Source: a virus
IMG/VR virus record: IMGVR_UViG_3300020548_000009
Location: 20,685 to 84,684 of that record
DNA: 64,000 nt
Direction: 5' to 3' (one strand)
Shown: positions 55,899 to 64,000 of the stretch, piece after piece
Position numbering within the stretch: the first letter of the stretch is position 1
Layout of the letters: the number at the start of each line of letters is the position of its first letter
The notes under the pieces: model-generated
Told to the model about the DNA's origin: nothing
Seen by the model: the letters and a program-made list of their open reading frames with translations, nothing else
Databases searched by the model: none
Position numbers and translations under genes: made by a program

Positions 55899-57170
55899 TC
55901 ACTCAGGTGCGCCGTCGAATTCAACTTCGACAAACGACTCTGGGCGCTTCACCGCGAGGGCAAGGCGCTCTTCGGCCAGAATCGCCACGGCGTTCCGGAT
56001 GAAGAAGTCGCTGTGCTGCTCAGCAACGCGGATGTTGCCTTCCATGCGGTCGTACAGCGTGGCGCCGATACCGAACGCACCGACGAGAGCGTAGCCCTCG
56101 GTGATGGCCGGAGTGGCAACCATTGGCAGACGCCACAGGCGGGCTTCAGCACCCATCGACACCGACATGACCATCAGGTGACGGCTCTCGCCATCCTTGG
56201 TCAGTTCGAGGTCTTCCATGTCGTTCGGGTGAACGATGATGCCCGTTGGCTCGTAGTAGGCGAGCAAGGCCTTGGTGATACCACGGCGAATCGCATCGAT
56301 TCGTGTGTCACCAGTGGCGCCTGCGCTCCACGCATGAGTCTGGATGCCCGATGTCTCACGGATACCGGTCAGGTTCGAGCCTGTTCCGTCACCGTTCAAA
56401 ATCTGGTCGTCCTCGACGAGGCGGAGGCCGTAGAGCAATTCGTTGTCGATGATGCCACGGAGTGTGGGCTCGTCATCAAGAACGTTGCGGTGGGCAACCT
56501 CGTAGTGGGCAATCGTGCGAACCGGAGCCTGCACGCCAACAACGGTCATCGAAGACTGCGGCTTGGTTGCAAACACTGCGGGCGAACCCGAGCGCTCTGC
56601 GACTGTCGACGCATTGTTCGTGAAACCGCTGACGCGGAAGAACTCAATCATGTTCGTGTTTGTCTGCTGTACCGGGAACAGGTCACGGACTCGCATCACG
56701 CGCTTGGCGCGCTCAACGATGCCATCTCGCTGCGGGTTGCCGAAGTCACCGGGGGTTCCCGACGGCAGTGCAGTGAAGATGTCCTTCACCTGGTACGGAG
56801 CATGCATGGTGAAACCATTGCGGCCATTGCCCATGCTCTTGAACTCGTCAGAATCAACGAAGCGCTGGCCGAGCGACTTGCGCTCGTCACCAGGGACGTA
56901 GAGAGTCTTCGGGGCTGCCGCGACTGCAGGCTGCGAACCAGCAGCCCAAGCCTTGACTTCCTGAAGGCCCTCAAGGGCTTCAATTTCTGAACGGATTTCG
57001 CGAGCCTTGGCAAGTCCCGAACGGAACGCCTCGACATGCTTTGCTTCAACTTGAACTTCTGGGCCGCCCTCTTCGCGATTGGCCTCGACATGGTCGACGA
57101 TTGCGTCGTTCTGCGCGAGGACATCCTTGAGTGCACCCTTAAGTTCCTTAAGACGGCTATCGTAAGCCAT
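55899..57170 (-). CDS. HK97-fold major capsid protein
   Basis: Delta-domain coil, KSLGQRFV.S, EDDQILNGDG, LWRLP.V.T, F.RN.VAILAEERLALAV.RP; AAGGAG SD. Confidence 0.95.
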   Translation of the reverse strand: MAYDSRLKELKGALKDVLAQNDAIVDHVEANREEGGPEVQVEAKHVEAFRSGLAKAREIRSEIEALEGLQEVKAWAAGSQPAVAAAPKTLYVPGDERKSLGQRFVDSDEFKSMGNGRNGFTMHAPYQVKDIFTALPSGTPGDFGNPQRDGIVERAKRVMRVRDLFPVQQTNTNMIEFFRVSGFTNNASTVAERSGSPAVFATKPQSSMTVVGVQAPVRTIAHYEVAHRNVLDDEPTLRGIIDNELLYGLRLVEDDQILNGDGTGSNLTGIRETSGIQTHAWSAGATGDTRIDAIRRGITKALLAYYEPTGIIVHPNDMEDLELTKDGESRHLMVMSVSMGAEARLWRLPMVATPAITEGYALVGAFGIGATLYDRMEGNIRVAEQHSDFFIRNAVAILAEERLALAVKRPESFVEVEFDGAPE

Positions 57171-57234
57171 AGTAGGTACTCCTTTTAGAGTGTTTGTACT
57201 TATAGGACACAAGGTAAGCACCTCGTTATGACAT

Positions 57235-57263
57235 AGTATGCTAGAGCATTGTCATCCTGTCAA
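57235..57263 (-). promoter_or_regulatory. sigma70-type promoter for major capsid gene
   Basis: TTGACA-N17-CATACT. Confidence 0.7.
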
Positions 57264-57271
57264 GCAGGCAA

Positions 57272-57577
57272 CTACTTTTCTTCTTCGTCGTCTCCGTCTT
57301 CGTTGAACAGGTCTTCAACGAAGGAGTCAAAGTCGATAACCGTAGGGATAAATGGCTCTGCTATAACCATGCCCTTAAAGGTGACTTTCGGGGCTGGAAC
57401 AGCCATTTTGAGTATTGAAACCACCTTTTCGAGCACCGATGAAGCCACAAATGGGGGGATTGACCCAAGGTCTACGTGGATTGGCTCATTCAGGTCGTCT
57501 TGAGAGACCGAAATCGTAATTACCGAAAACTTTAGGTCTCCGTCATCCTCAAAATTGTTTGGTGTGCTGGCTGACAT
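57272..57577 (-). CDS. hypothetical acidic protein
   Basis: 101 aa, abuts the upstream gene. Confidence 0.6.
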   Translation of the reverse strand: MSASTPNNFEDDGDLKFSVITISVSQDDLNEPIHVDLGSIPPFVASSVLEKVVSILKMAVPAPKVTFKGMVIAEPFIPTVIDFDSFVEDLFNEDGDDEEEK

Positions 57578-57784
57578 TTACTCTTCCCCTCCATCCGCAA
57601 ACCAATCAAACTGGTCCAATAGTCCAGCATCCATGACCGCCTGATAGAGATTTTTGCCTTTTTCAGTTGCCTGATACAGCCATTCTCCGCGCTCGTTTAT
57701 GCCGATGACTTCAATGAGTCCGTTCTCAATCATCAAATCAAACTGACGATTGAACTCGTCTCTTTCGTCATCACTAAGCGACAT
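57578..57784 (-). CDS. small winged-helix-like protein
   Basis: MIENGLIEV.G....GEWLY..TEKG; start reassigned to ATG 57784. Confidence 0.55.
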   Translation of the reverse strand: MSLSDDERDEFNRQFDLMIENGLIEVIGINERGEWLYQATEKGKNLYQAVMDAGLLDQFDWFADGGEE

Positions 57785-58958
57785 ACTCCACGCCTCTAAA
57801 GATGCCGCGGCCGCTGTAAATCCACATCTGCTCATAGTTGAACCATTCTTCGCCAACACCCTTTGGCTGGTACTGAACAACTGCCAAGCCTTGCTGCCAG
57901 TTTTCTGCACCCTGCATAAGTGGTCGGCCAAATTCATCTGCGCCAGACTTTGTTGACGGAACAGCACCGTCAATTCTGCACAAGCATCCTGGGCTTGCTG
58001 CCATGACTGTTCGCGGACCAGCCTCAGAAACTCGTGTGCGATACGCAACCTCAACTCTGTGAATGTGTCCGTAGATGACAGATTTATGTGCATCGTTCAA
58101 ATACTTTGTTGTAGTTGAACCATTTGATGTAACCCTGTCACCGTGACGAATGATGAGATTTTCATTCAACGCCAAGAACGACTCTGGATATCCCGACAAG
58201 TAGTCGACACCAAAGTCATCCATTCTGCAGAGATTAGGGACCGACAGAACTGGCCAGTTTTCGCGCAGTTCGTCCATCAGTTTTCCGCGTGTCAATCCAA
58301 ATGCTGCTTCCGCATTTGTCTGAATGTATCTAGCAAGACGCGCTTCGTGATTCCCAGCAATCCAAGTGATTTTTGCATTTGGTGCCGCATTGCGCAATTG
58401 AGCACATAGCAATGTTGCTCGGTCAATTGTTGCTTGCGTCAACTGCTTGAATGTTGGAGCAGTCAGATATTTGCCAAACTCAGCAAAGTCAAGATTGTCT
58501 CCGAGCATTACGATTTGGTCAGGCTTGATGTCTTCGATAAGTTTGATTGCTATCGAAATTGCAGACTCGTCGTGAATTGGCTCCAACTCTGCGTTCAGTT
58601 CAAGTGACTTTTTGTAATAGCCCATCTGCATGTCCGGAAGAATCACAGCGGTTTCCCACTGCTTTGGCTTGCGAGACTTTGCTTTTCCTTTCGGAACGCT
58701 GTACTTAGGGCCTTGTGTTATTACCGGCCACTCCGGACCCATATCCCACTTTGGACTAAGAACAATGCTGGCGCCCTTGAGGTCATGTATTTGCGCTTCG
58801 CCCGCTTCGTCTTTCGTAACTGTTTGCCATTTGCCAACCTTCATCGACTTGATTGAGCCGACTTCTTCTGGCTTAATGTTGTGCTCTTTCAGCAGTTTTG
58901 CAACTGCTTCTATGTGTGCTTGTTCTGTCACCTTGGAAAAATCGTCAGACAAAGGCAT
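57774..58958 (-). CDS. calcineurin-like metallophosphoesterase
   Basis: PDMQ, GDNLD, GNHE, HGD, GHIH. Confidence 0.9.
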   Translation of the reverse strand: MPLSDDFSKVTEQAHIEAVAKLLKEHNIKPEEVGSIKSMKVGKWQTVTKDEAGEAQIHDLKGASIVLSPKWDMGPEWPVITQGPKYSVPKGKAKSRKPKQWETAVILPDMQMGYYKKSLELNAELEPIHDESAISIAIKLIEDIKPDQIVMLGDNLDFAEFGKYLTAPTFKQLTQATIDRATLLCAQLRNAAPNAKITWIAGNHEARLARYIQTNAEAAFGLTRGKLMDELRENWPVLSVPNLCRMDDFGVDYLSGYPESFLALNENLIIRHGDRVTSNGSTTTKYLNDAHKSVIYGHIHRVEVAYRTRVSEAGPRTVMAASPGCLCRIDGAVPSTKSGADEFGRPLMQGAENWQQGLAVVQYQPKGVGEEWFNYEQMWIYSGRGIFRGVEYVA

Positions 58959-58960
58959 TG

Positions 58961-59221
58961 TTATTTGTTCTCCTTAATGAGTGTGTGTGTTGATGAAAGC
59001 GCAATACCCTTTTGCCTGCGCCACTTATTAATTGCCCATACGCCACATTCAATTTTGTTGCTTTCAAGCACTCGCGCAATTGTGCGAGTGGAAATTGCTG
59101 GGTCCAGCAGAGCCTTCTTTAGGCTTTCTGCATCTTTTTTGTTTAACGTCTCAAGAAGCACCTCAACTTTATTGGTTGAGGACTTGATTGCTTCCTGCTT
59201 GCATTCTTCGTAGATATCCAT
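58961..59221 (-). CDS. small HTH-like partner of the phosphoesterase
   Basis: AAGGAG SD; ISTRTIARVL......WAINKWR. Confidence 0.6.
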   Translation of the reverse strand: MDIYEECKQEAIKSSTNKVEVLLETLNKKDAESLKKALLDPAISTRTIARVLESNKIECGVWAINKWRRQKGIALSSTHTLIKENK

Positions 59222-59298
59222 GAGTCTCCTTGTTTGGTTCCGCCCAAACAAAGATTAGCACATGATTGGTCCCCGATTGGGGATTTAGTGGACGAAGA

Positions 59299-60765
59299 TT
59301 ACTTCGACATTTCCTTCAAAAGGAGATGGAATTCCTTCAGGTCATCAAACGAAATGGCCGCAGTTTGCTTTTGGTCGTCGGCGGCCTTTTCCTCAACAAC
59401 TTCTGTTGTGGCTTCAGTGGTCTCTGTTTGTTCTGCTGCTGCTTCTTCTGACTTCACTTCTTCAACAGTCTCGGTTGTCTCAACTGCGGGAATTTCTTCC
59501 GCTGCTTTTTCCTCAACAATCTCTGCTGTTTCCGCTGCGACTTCTGTTGCAACTTCGTCGGACTTTGCTTCTTCTGCAACTGGAGCGACTTCTTCGGTCA
59601 CATCACCGCTGTCGTACTGTGCCAAACGCTCAAGAATCTCCGCGTTCTGTTTCATGGCCCGCTCAACCAGCGCCATGAACTCGGTGTCCATCTTTTTCAT
59701 TGCACTCTCCTCTTCATCCTCCCCTTCAGAATAGCCTTCTTCGGGGTCTCCTGTGGGCAAGGCTTCCTCTACCTTGAGGGCATCCCCCCTCGCCACGACT
59801 GTTACGTTGGTTGGGTGCCATTCCCCTGCTGACTTCAGCGAAGCCTCTTCTTCGGGCATATCCTCGTCATCCTCGGCCTCATCCTCTTCCTCCGCGGCCT
59901 CCTGCATCCATACCCTGATGAGGTAAGCGGGGTTTTCTTCAGTCCCCTCAAGTTCTAGGCCTTGGGGCTCTCCACGGACCTTGCCGTCTGTCTCGACCGA
60001 GACCACATCCCCATAGAAAGTCCCTTGGGTGGTCTCCCAAGAAACGATGGCTCCTGCTTCTGCCATGCCGTCAACCTTCTCCATGACAACAAATGTGCGG
60101 AGTTTCATTTCTGCATAGTCAAGTTCAAAGAACTCGCCGGTACGTTCGCCTTTTTCGTCCACTTGCTCAACAAGTGCGGAATCATCATCGGCCTCGACAA
60201 CGATGCCTTTCATCTCGGTTTTACCCTCAATCCAGGCGACATCGCTCTCGACGTCGATGATGTTATCCAAATCTTGCAATCCCTTGACGGTCAAGTCAAG
60301 CGACTCAGCCAATGGGGCATCAATTAGGCCCTTAAACATCATGATTGCATCAACATCCTCATCTGACTTGAGTTCGGGTGCTTGCATATCCGCATCAGCA
60401 TAGTGCGCGGCGATGTGGCGGTAAACGCCCTGACGTGCCGCTCCTCGCAAAACTGTTCCCTGTCGTCCACCATTGAGAACTGCCACGGAGTTGGAAAGTG
60501 CTCGGCCAGAGGCGGCTCCTGCTCGGCCACCTTCGCCAACAAAGTGATGGACGAAGGAGTAGTGAGTCTTGCGTGTTCCCTTTGTGTTTGGGAGTTGAAA
60601 CGCAAAAATGTCGTCGTAGTAAGACGGTGTTGCAGGTGAGCGCATCTTGCGGAACTGTACTGTCCTGTCCCAAGCAGATGTCCGGTCAACCGATGTTGAG
60701 TGCGATGGAATGACGCGGCCGTTTGGGCCAGCATCTTTAATCTCAACTTCGTTATTCTCAGACAT
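59299..60765 (-). CDS. head-module protein with domains paralogous to the protease and an acidic scaffold-like tail
   Basis: Duplicated GTRKTHY.F.HH...LNG.R.G...VY.HIA.HY domain, Tudor-like domain, Glu/Ala-rich C-terminus. Confidence 0.65.
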   Translation of the reverse strand: MSENNEVEIKDAGPNGRVIPSHSTSVDRTSAWDRTVQFRKMRSPATPSYYDDIFAFQLPNTKGTRKTHYSFVHHFVGEGGRAGAASGRALSNSVAVLNGGRQGTVLRGAARQGVYRHIAAHYADADMQAPELKSDEDVDAIMMFKGLIDAPLAESLDLTVKGLQDLDNIIDVESDVAWIEGKTEMKGIVVEADDDSALVEQVDEKGERTGEFFELDYAEMKLRTFVVMEKVDGMAEAGAIVSWETTQGTFYGDVVSVETDGKVRGEPQGLELEGTEENPAYLIRVWMQEAAEEEDEAEDDEDMPEEEASLKSAGEWHPTNVTVVARGDALKVEEALPTGDPEEGYSEGEDEEESAMKKMDTEFMALVERAMKQNAEILERLAQYDSGDVTEEVAPVAEEAKSDEVATEVAAETAEIVEEKAAEEIPAVETTETVEEVKSEEAAAEQTETTEATTEVVEEKAADDQKQTAAISFDDLKEFHLLLKEMSK

Positions 60766-63016
60766 CAGTATCTTCTTTCGTCAGTGGCTCAGAAATATAA
60801 CCACGCTTAATCATTAGATTATCCACTTCTTGGTCAGACTTCAATGAAGGTGGTGTCTCTCCCCCGTCACGGTAGTGACGAGCGATGTGGTTGTACACCG
60901 CCTTTCGGTCTGCGCCGCGCAACTTCGTTCCACCGCGTGCCCCGTTAAGAATCGCCATTTGCACTCTCAACTCCGACATTGCGGCAGCACCAGGGCGTCC
61001 GTCTTGTGAAACGTGATGGTGAATAAATGTGTAGTGGGTCTTGCGTGTCCCGTCTGTTCCTGGAATGTGATAGGCAAAAATCTTTCGATAGTACGCCGGG
61101 TCTTCCGGTGAGCGAGTACTGAGAATCGCATTACGGTTCAGCGTCTCATCATCACGAACCGCTGTTGAGTGGCTGCGAATTGGACCGCCATTTGCCTTTG
61201 CCTCAATGGCATCCCACTCTTCGTCCTTCATTTCAAAGGACAACTCTTCGCTCTTCATGTCATTCCACTGAACAACTCCATCTGGAATCACGGCAAATCG
61301 ACACTTGCCGTTTTCCTGAACTTCTTGCTTAATGATGGCGCACTTTCCTTCACCCATATACAGGGTGCAGTTTGCGCACTTAACTCCGATTGACTTTTCG
61401 TCGTTTTCGGCTGGCGATTCATAGCCTGCCCAGATTCCAGAACCGTCTTCGTCAAACTTGCCATATTCGTCAGCAATGCGCACTAGCGCATCATGGAGTG
61501 CTTGTTCATCTGCAGTCAGGCTTGGGTGGAATCTTCCATAAGAGTCTTTTTCTTCAATGTCGGAAAGACCATCTTTTGGCGTTTCTGCTGCGTAGAGAGC
61601 AGCCATGTGACGACGCGCGTCAGCAAGGGTCTCGTGACAGCCGCCAGGGACTGGCGTACTTTCGCCTTCCTTGATTACTGCGTACCCGCTGCATCCTTGC
61701 ATGTTTCGCGAAATGCGGTATGGCTTACCTTCGTCTGTTCGACGACGGCGACGTGGGCGCGGGCGACCAACAACGCCTGGTCGTTGCGGTGTGCCGAATG
61801 AACCAGGATTTCCTTCTGGCATATCGGTATAAATATCCTTGAGCGCTTCAATCTTGCGCAAGGTAGAAAACCTATGACCGACCATCGTGTCAGTTGGCTC
61901 CCAACCATCGCCAGTATTGCGGTAAACGCGAATCATTGCTGCGGGGTCTTCTGGAGTTGCAGTGATGGTAAAACTGCTGTCAGGAACATTCATGCGTCCA
62001 CGACGCAGGATGCGAGTAATTTTTCCGCGAGCAGTTCCGCCAGAAGAATTCCAACTTACAAAATCGCCAACACGCAAATCTCCTGGTTCGGCTTTGATGT
62101 CCAGTGACTTCTCCTCATCTCGGCGATTCATCGCCTCAACGAGTTTTGTTGCCCATGTCCTACCAGCGTCTCCGCCCCACAGTTTCCACGCAATGAGGCC
62201 AGCACCTGGATACCCATCTGCGCCTGGCCTGCTGTTTGCCGGCGTGCGAAGGTCCACTTCGTGGCGAGGGAAATACTTGGCGATATGGCGAACTTTACGC
62301 GGTGCTGCAGTCGTGTTGTTAATCAGATAGTTGGCGGTGTTCTTGCCAACTGATGTTCCGCCGCGATTATATTCGCGTGACCAGCGGAGTCCGGTTTCTG
62401 CTTGCTTCTTTGCACCATCAGGGATTCTGAAATTTAGGTCTGAGTAATCTCCGGCTTTTGACTCATCCCAATCGATGTCATCATCATCTTCCTCAATGCC
62501 GACCAGGTCATCTTTGACGCTCAGAGTGCGCGTGTTTGGGGCAGCGCCGAAAATGACGGGCGAGTACTCGTAGAGTTCCAACTGTTTGATAAAGCGAACG
62601 CCAGTCTTTTCATCAGTTGTTGACTTGCCTTCTGGCACCGAATATCCAATTGACCATTCTTGCTCTTCAGCAAAAAACTGCACGTCGTGGAAGGCATCTC
62701 GCCCACGGCTTGTGTTCAAATTGAACTGCATTTTTACCATGAGCGCGCCAGCGCCCTGTGAGCGCAAATCTTCCGGAAGACGTTCGTCTCCAGGCATGAG
62801 TTCTTCGACCTTGAGTGTTTTTGCGACTGGAATATTGGTGTCGTGCGACCAAACGCCTTTTGGATTCCTCTTGCGCAAAGTGTTCCTGTAAGCACCCGGC
62901 TCAATTACGTCGTTGACTGAGTCAACAATATTCGTGACCGAGACTATTGCCTCGACAATCCCATCAGCATCGCTCAGTCCGCGAACTGATGAAACCGGAA
63001 CATTTTTGCGGTCCAT
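60758..63016 (-). CDS. multidomain HK97-type prohead protease
   Basis: D...DVI.PGA, WSHD, EWSIGY, LYEYSPV.FGA; extra domains follow; TATAAT and AGGAGG upstream. Confidence 0.9.
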   Translation of the reverse strand: MDRKNVPVSSVRGLSDADGIVEAIVSVTNIVDSVNDVIEPGAYRNTLRKRNPKGVWSHDTNIPVAKTLKVEELMPGDERLPEDLRSQGAGALMVKMQFNLNTSRGRDAFHDVQFFAEEQEWSIGYSVPEGKSTTDEKTGVRFIKQLELYEYSPVIFGAAPNTRTLSVKDDLVGIEEDDDDIDWDESKAGDYSDLNFRIPDGAKKQAETGLRWSREYNRGGTSVGKNTANYLINNTTAAPRKVRHIAKYFPRHEVDLRTPANSRPGADGYPGAGLIAWKLWGGDAGRTWATKLVEAMNRRDEEKSLDIKAEPGDLRVGDFVSWNSSGGTARGKITRILRRGRMNVPDSSFTITATPEDPAAMIRVYRNTGDGWEPTDTMVGHRFSTLRKIEALKDIYTDMPEGNPGSFGTPQRPGVVGRPRPRRRRRTDEGKPYRISRNMQGCSGYAVIKEGESTPVPGGCHETLADARRHMAALYAAETPKDGLSDIEEKDSYGRFHPSLTADEQALHDALVRIADEYGKFDEDGSGIWAGYESPAENDEKSIGVKCANCTLYMGEGKCAIIKQEVQENGKCRFAVIPDGVVQWNDMKSEELSFEMKDEEWDAIEAKANGGPIRSHSTAVRDDETLNRNAILSTRSPEDPAYYRKIFAYHIPGTDGTRKTHYTFIHHHVSQDGRPGAAAMSELRVQMAILNGARGGTKLRGADRKAVYNHIARHYRDGGETPPSLKSDQEVDNLMIKRGYISEPLTKEDTDV

Positions 63017-63081
63017 CTGGCCTCCTGCATGCGATTATACACACGCGTAAACGGAAAGACTAACTTAACTTGCCGTATAGG

Positions 63082-64000
63082 TTAAGCAAACGACAGTGTG
63101 CATCGGCAGTTGATGACTGATGCCCCGTCATTGACAAAGTCTCCTGGGAACATTACGGACTTGCCTTCAATCTGAAAGCCATCATCAATCCCAACCGTTG
63201 TGTCGGCAACATGGTGATGTTCTGCTCTGCCATCTTCATTTGTGGCGTGAATCCATGTTTTTTGCGTAAACCCAAGTTGGCGGGCTGCCCACAGAAGTCC
63301 GGCATTAAAAGCACCAGAGACCTCTGTTCGCACAATTGTCTTGATTCGCTTAGTGAATGATTCGGCCATCCATGAGGCAAGTTCGTTCGTAAACGATGAA
63401 TGCGGTCTTCCAGCGTAGGAATTCAACATCTTTTCCATGTTGATTCGAGTGGTCGTATTGACGAGGAGGAGATTACTGATTCGGTCTTGAATCAGTTCCT
63501 GGACCTGCTTGCCTTGCATATCGAGTTTGTCAAAGCCATCACTTGAAACGTCAATTGCCCCGTCAAGGAAGACGGCAGATATCCAAGTCTTGCCGTCCAT
63601 CTCAAGTTGCTCGTTCCATACCTCAATATCAAAGAAGTCATCTACGGAAATCTTTTCACCAGAATCCCAGCGTTCCTTCATCTTCTTTGAAGATGCCTTC
63701 TCCATGACGACTCGCTGCTGCCTCTTAAAGAAGGAGGCGATTTGGAGGGTAACGCTGGCCTCAAGACGGTCAAGTTGGCGGGTTCGACGCTGCACAACTG
63801 AAACATCTTTTACAGCATCTCCCATGGGGTGGGAAAGTGGAGCAAGGGTTGGCTCATAGATTGCGCGCGGGGATGGATTCTCCGTATTGTCCGTGGTGAG
63901 TCGCGGCGAAGTTGGAGATGGTGAACCGGCACCAGGAACAGCCTCGTCTGGCTGGTCATTTGGTCTGCGGCCAGGGCGCTGATTTGGGTTGACTCTTTCG
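63082..64000 (-). CDS. MuF-like head morphogenesis domain, 5'-truncated, probably fused to portal
   Basis: RI.TIVRTE..A.N, KTW...R..H...F......PGD...INCRCT; frame open to the window end through a Pro-rich linker. Confidence 0.8.
   Translation of the reverse strand, partial: ERVNPNQRPGRRPNDQPDEAVPGAGSPSPTSPRLTTDNTENPSPRAIYEPTLAPLSHPMGDAVKDVSVVQRRTRQLDRLEASVTLQIASFFKRQQRVVMEKASSKKMKERWDSGEKISVDDFFDIEVWNEQLEMDGKTWISAVFLDGAIDVSSDGFDKLDMQGKQVQELIQDRISNLLLVNTTTRINMEKMLNSYAGRPHSSFTNELASWMAESFTKRIKTIVRTEVSGAFNAGLLWAARQLGFTQKTWIHATNEDGRAEHHHVADTTVGIDDGFQIEGKSVMFPGDFVNDGASVINCRCTLSFA

Noticed and set aside
56013-56990. 325-aa plus-strand ORF and other long antisense ORFs
   Set aside because: They are shadows of codon-biased genes such as the major capsid, with no motifs or start signals.
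1-64000. tRNA, rRNA, integrase or transposase genes
   Set aside because: None recognised; coding density leaves few gaps large enough.

Overview
This 64-kb window is part of a large siphovirus-like tailed phage genome, almost all on the minus strand. The host is probably an actinobacterium (WhiB, leaderless-type TANNNT promoters, M15 endolysin). In transcription order (right to left) it holds: the end of a MuF/probable portal fusion, a multidomain HK97 prohead protease, a metallophosphoesterase, the HK97 major capsid and the head-tail connectors. A ~28-kb block then splits the tail terminator from the major tail protein; it carries fibre genes, a modification island, a mucin-like membrane protein, a HARP-SNF2 ATPase and lysis genes. 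Next come the major tail protein, frameshifted chaperone, tape measure, Dit, Tal and replication/recombination genes, followed by a coupled ParB / ParB-methyltransferase / CmoA cassette, RusA, WhiB and an AdoMetDC-like gene. The most striking signal is an apparent virion post-translational modification system. Two structural genes end in 12-unit Pro-Pro tetrapeptide arrays, (PP[F/Y/C]F)12 and (TPPV)12, each followed by prolyl-hydroxylase-like 2OG-Fe(II) oxygenases. The first is also followed by a methyltransferase-like gene and two glycosyltransferases, which recalls hydroxyproline-rich glycoproteins. A second candidate system is Cx-SAM-dependent DNA carboxymethylation. All family calls come from motif recognition by eye; no searches were run.
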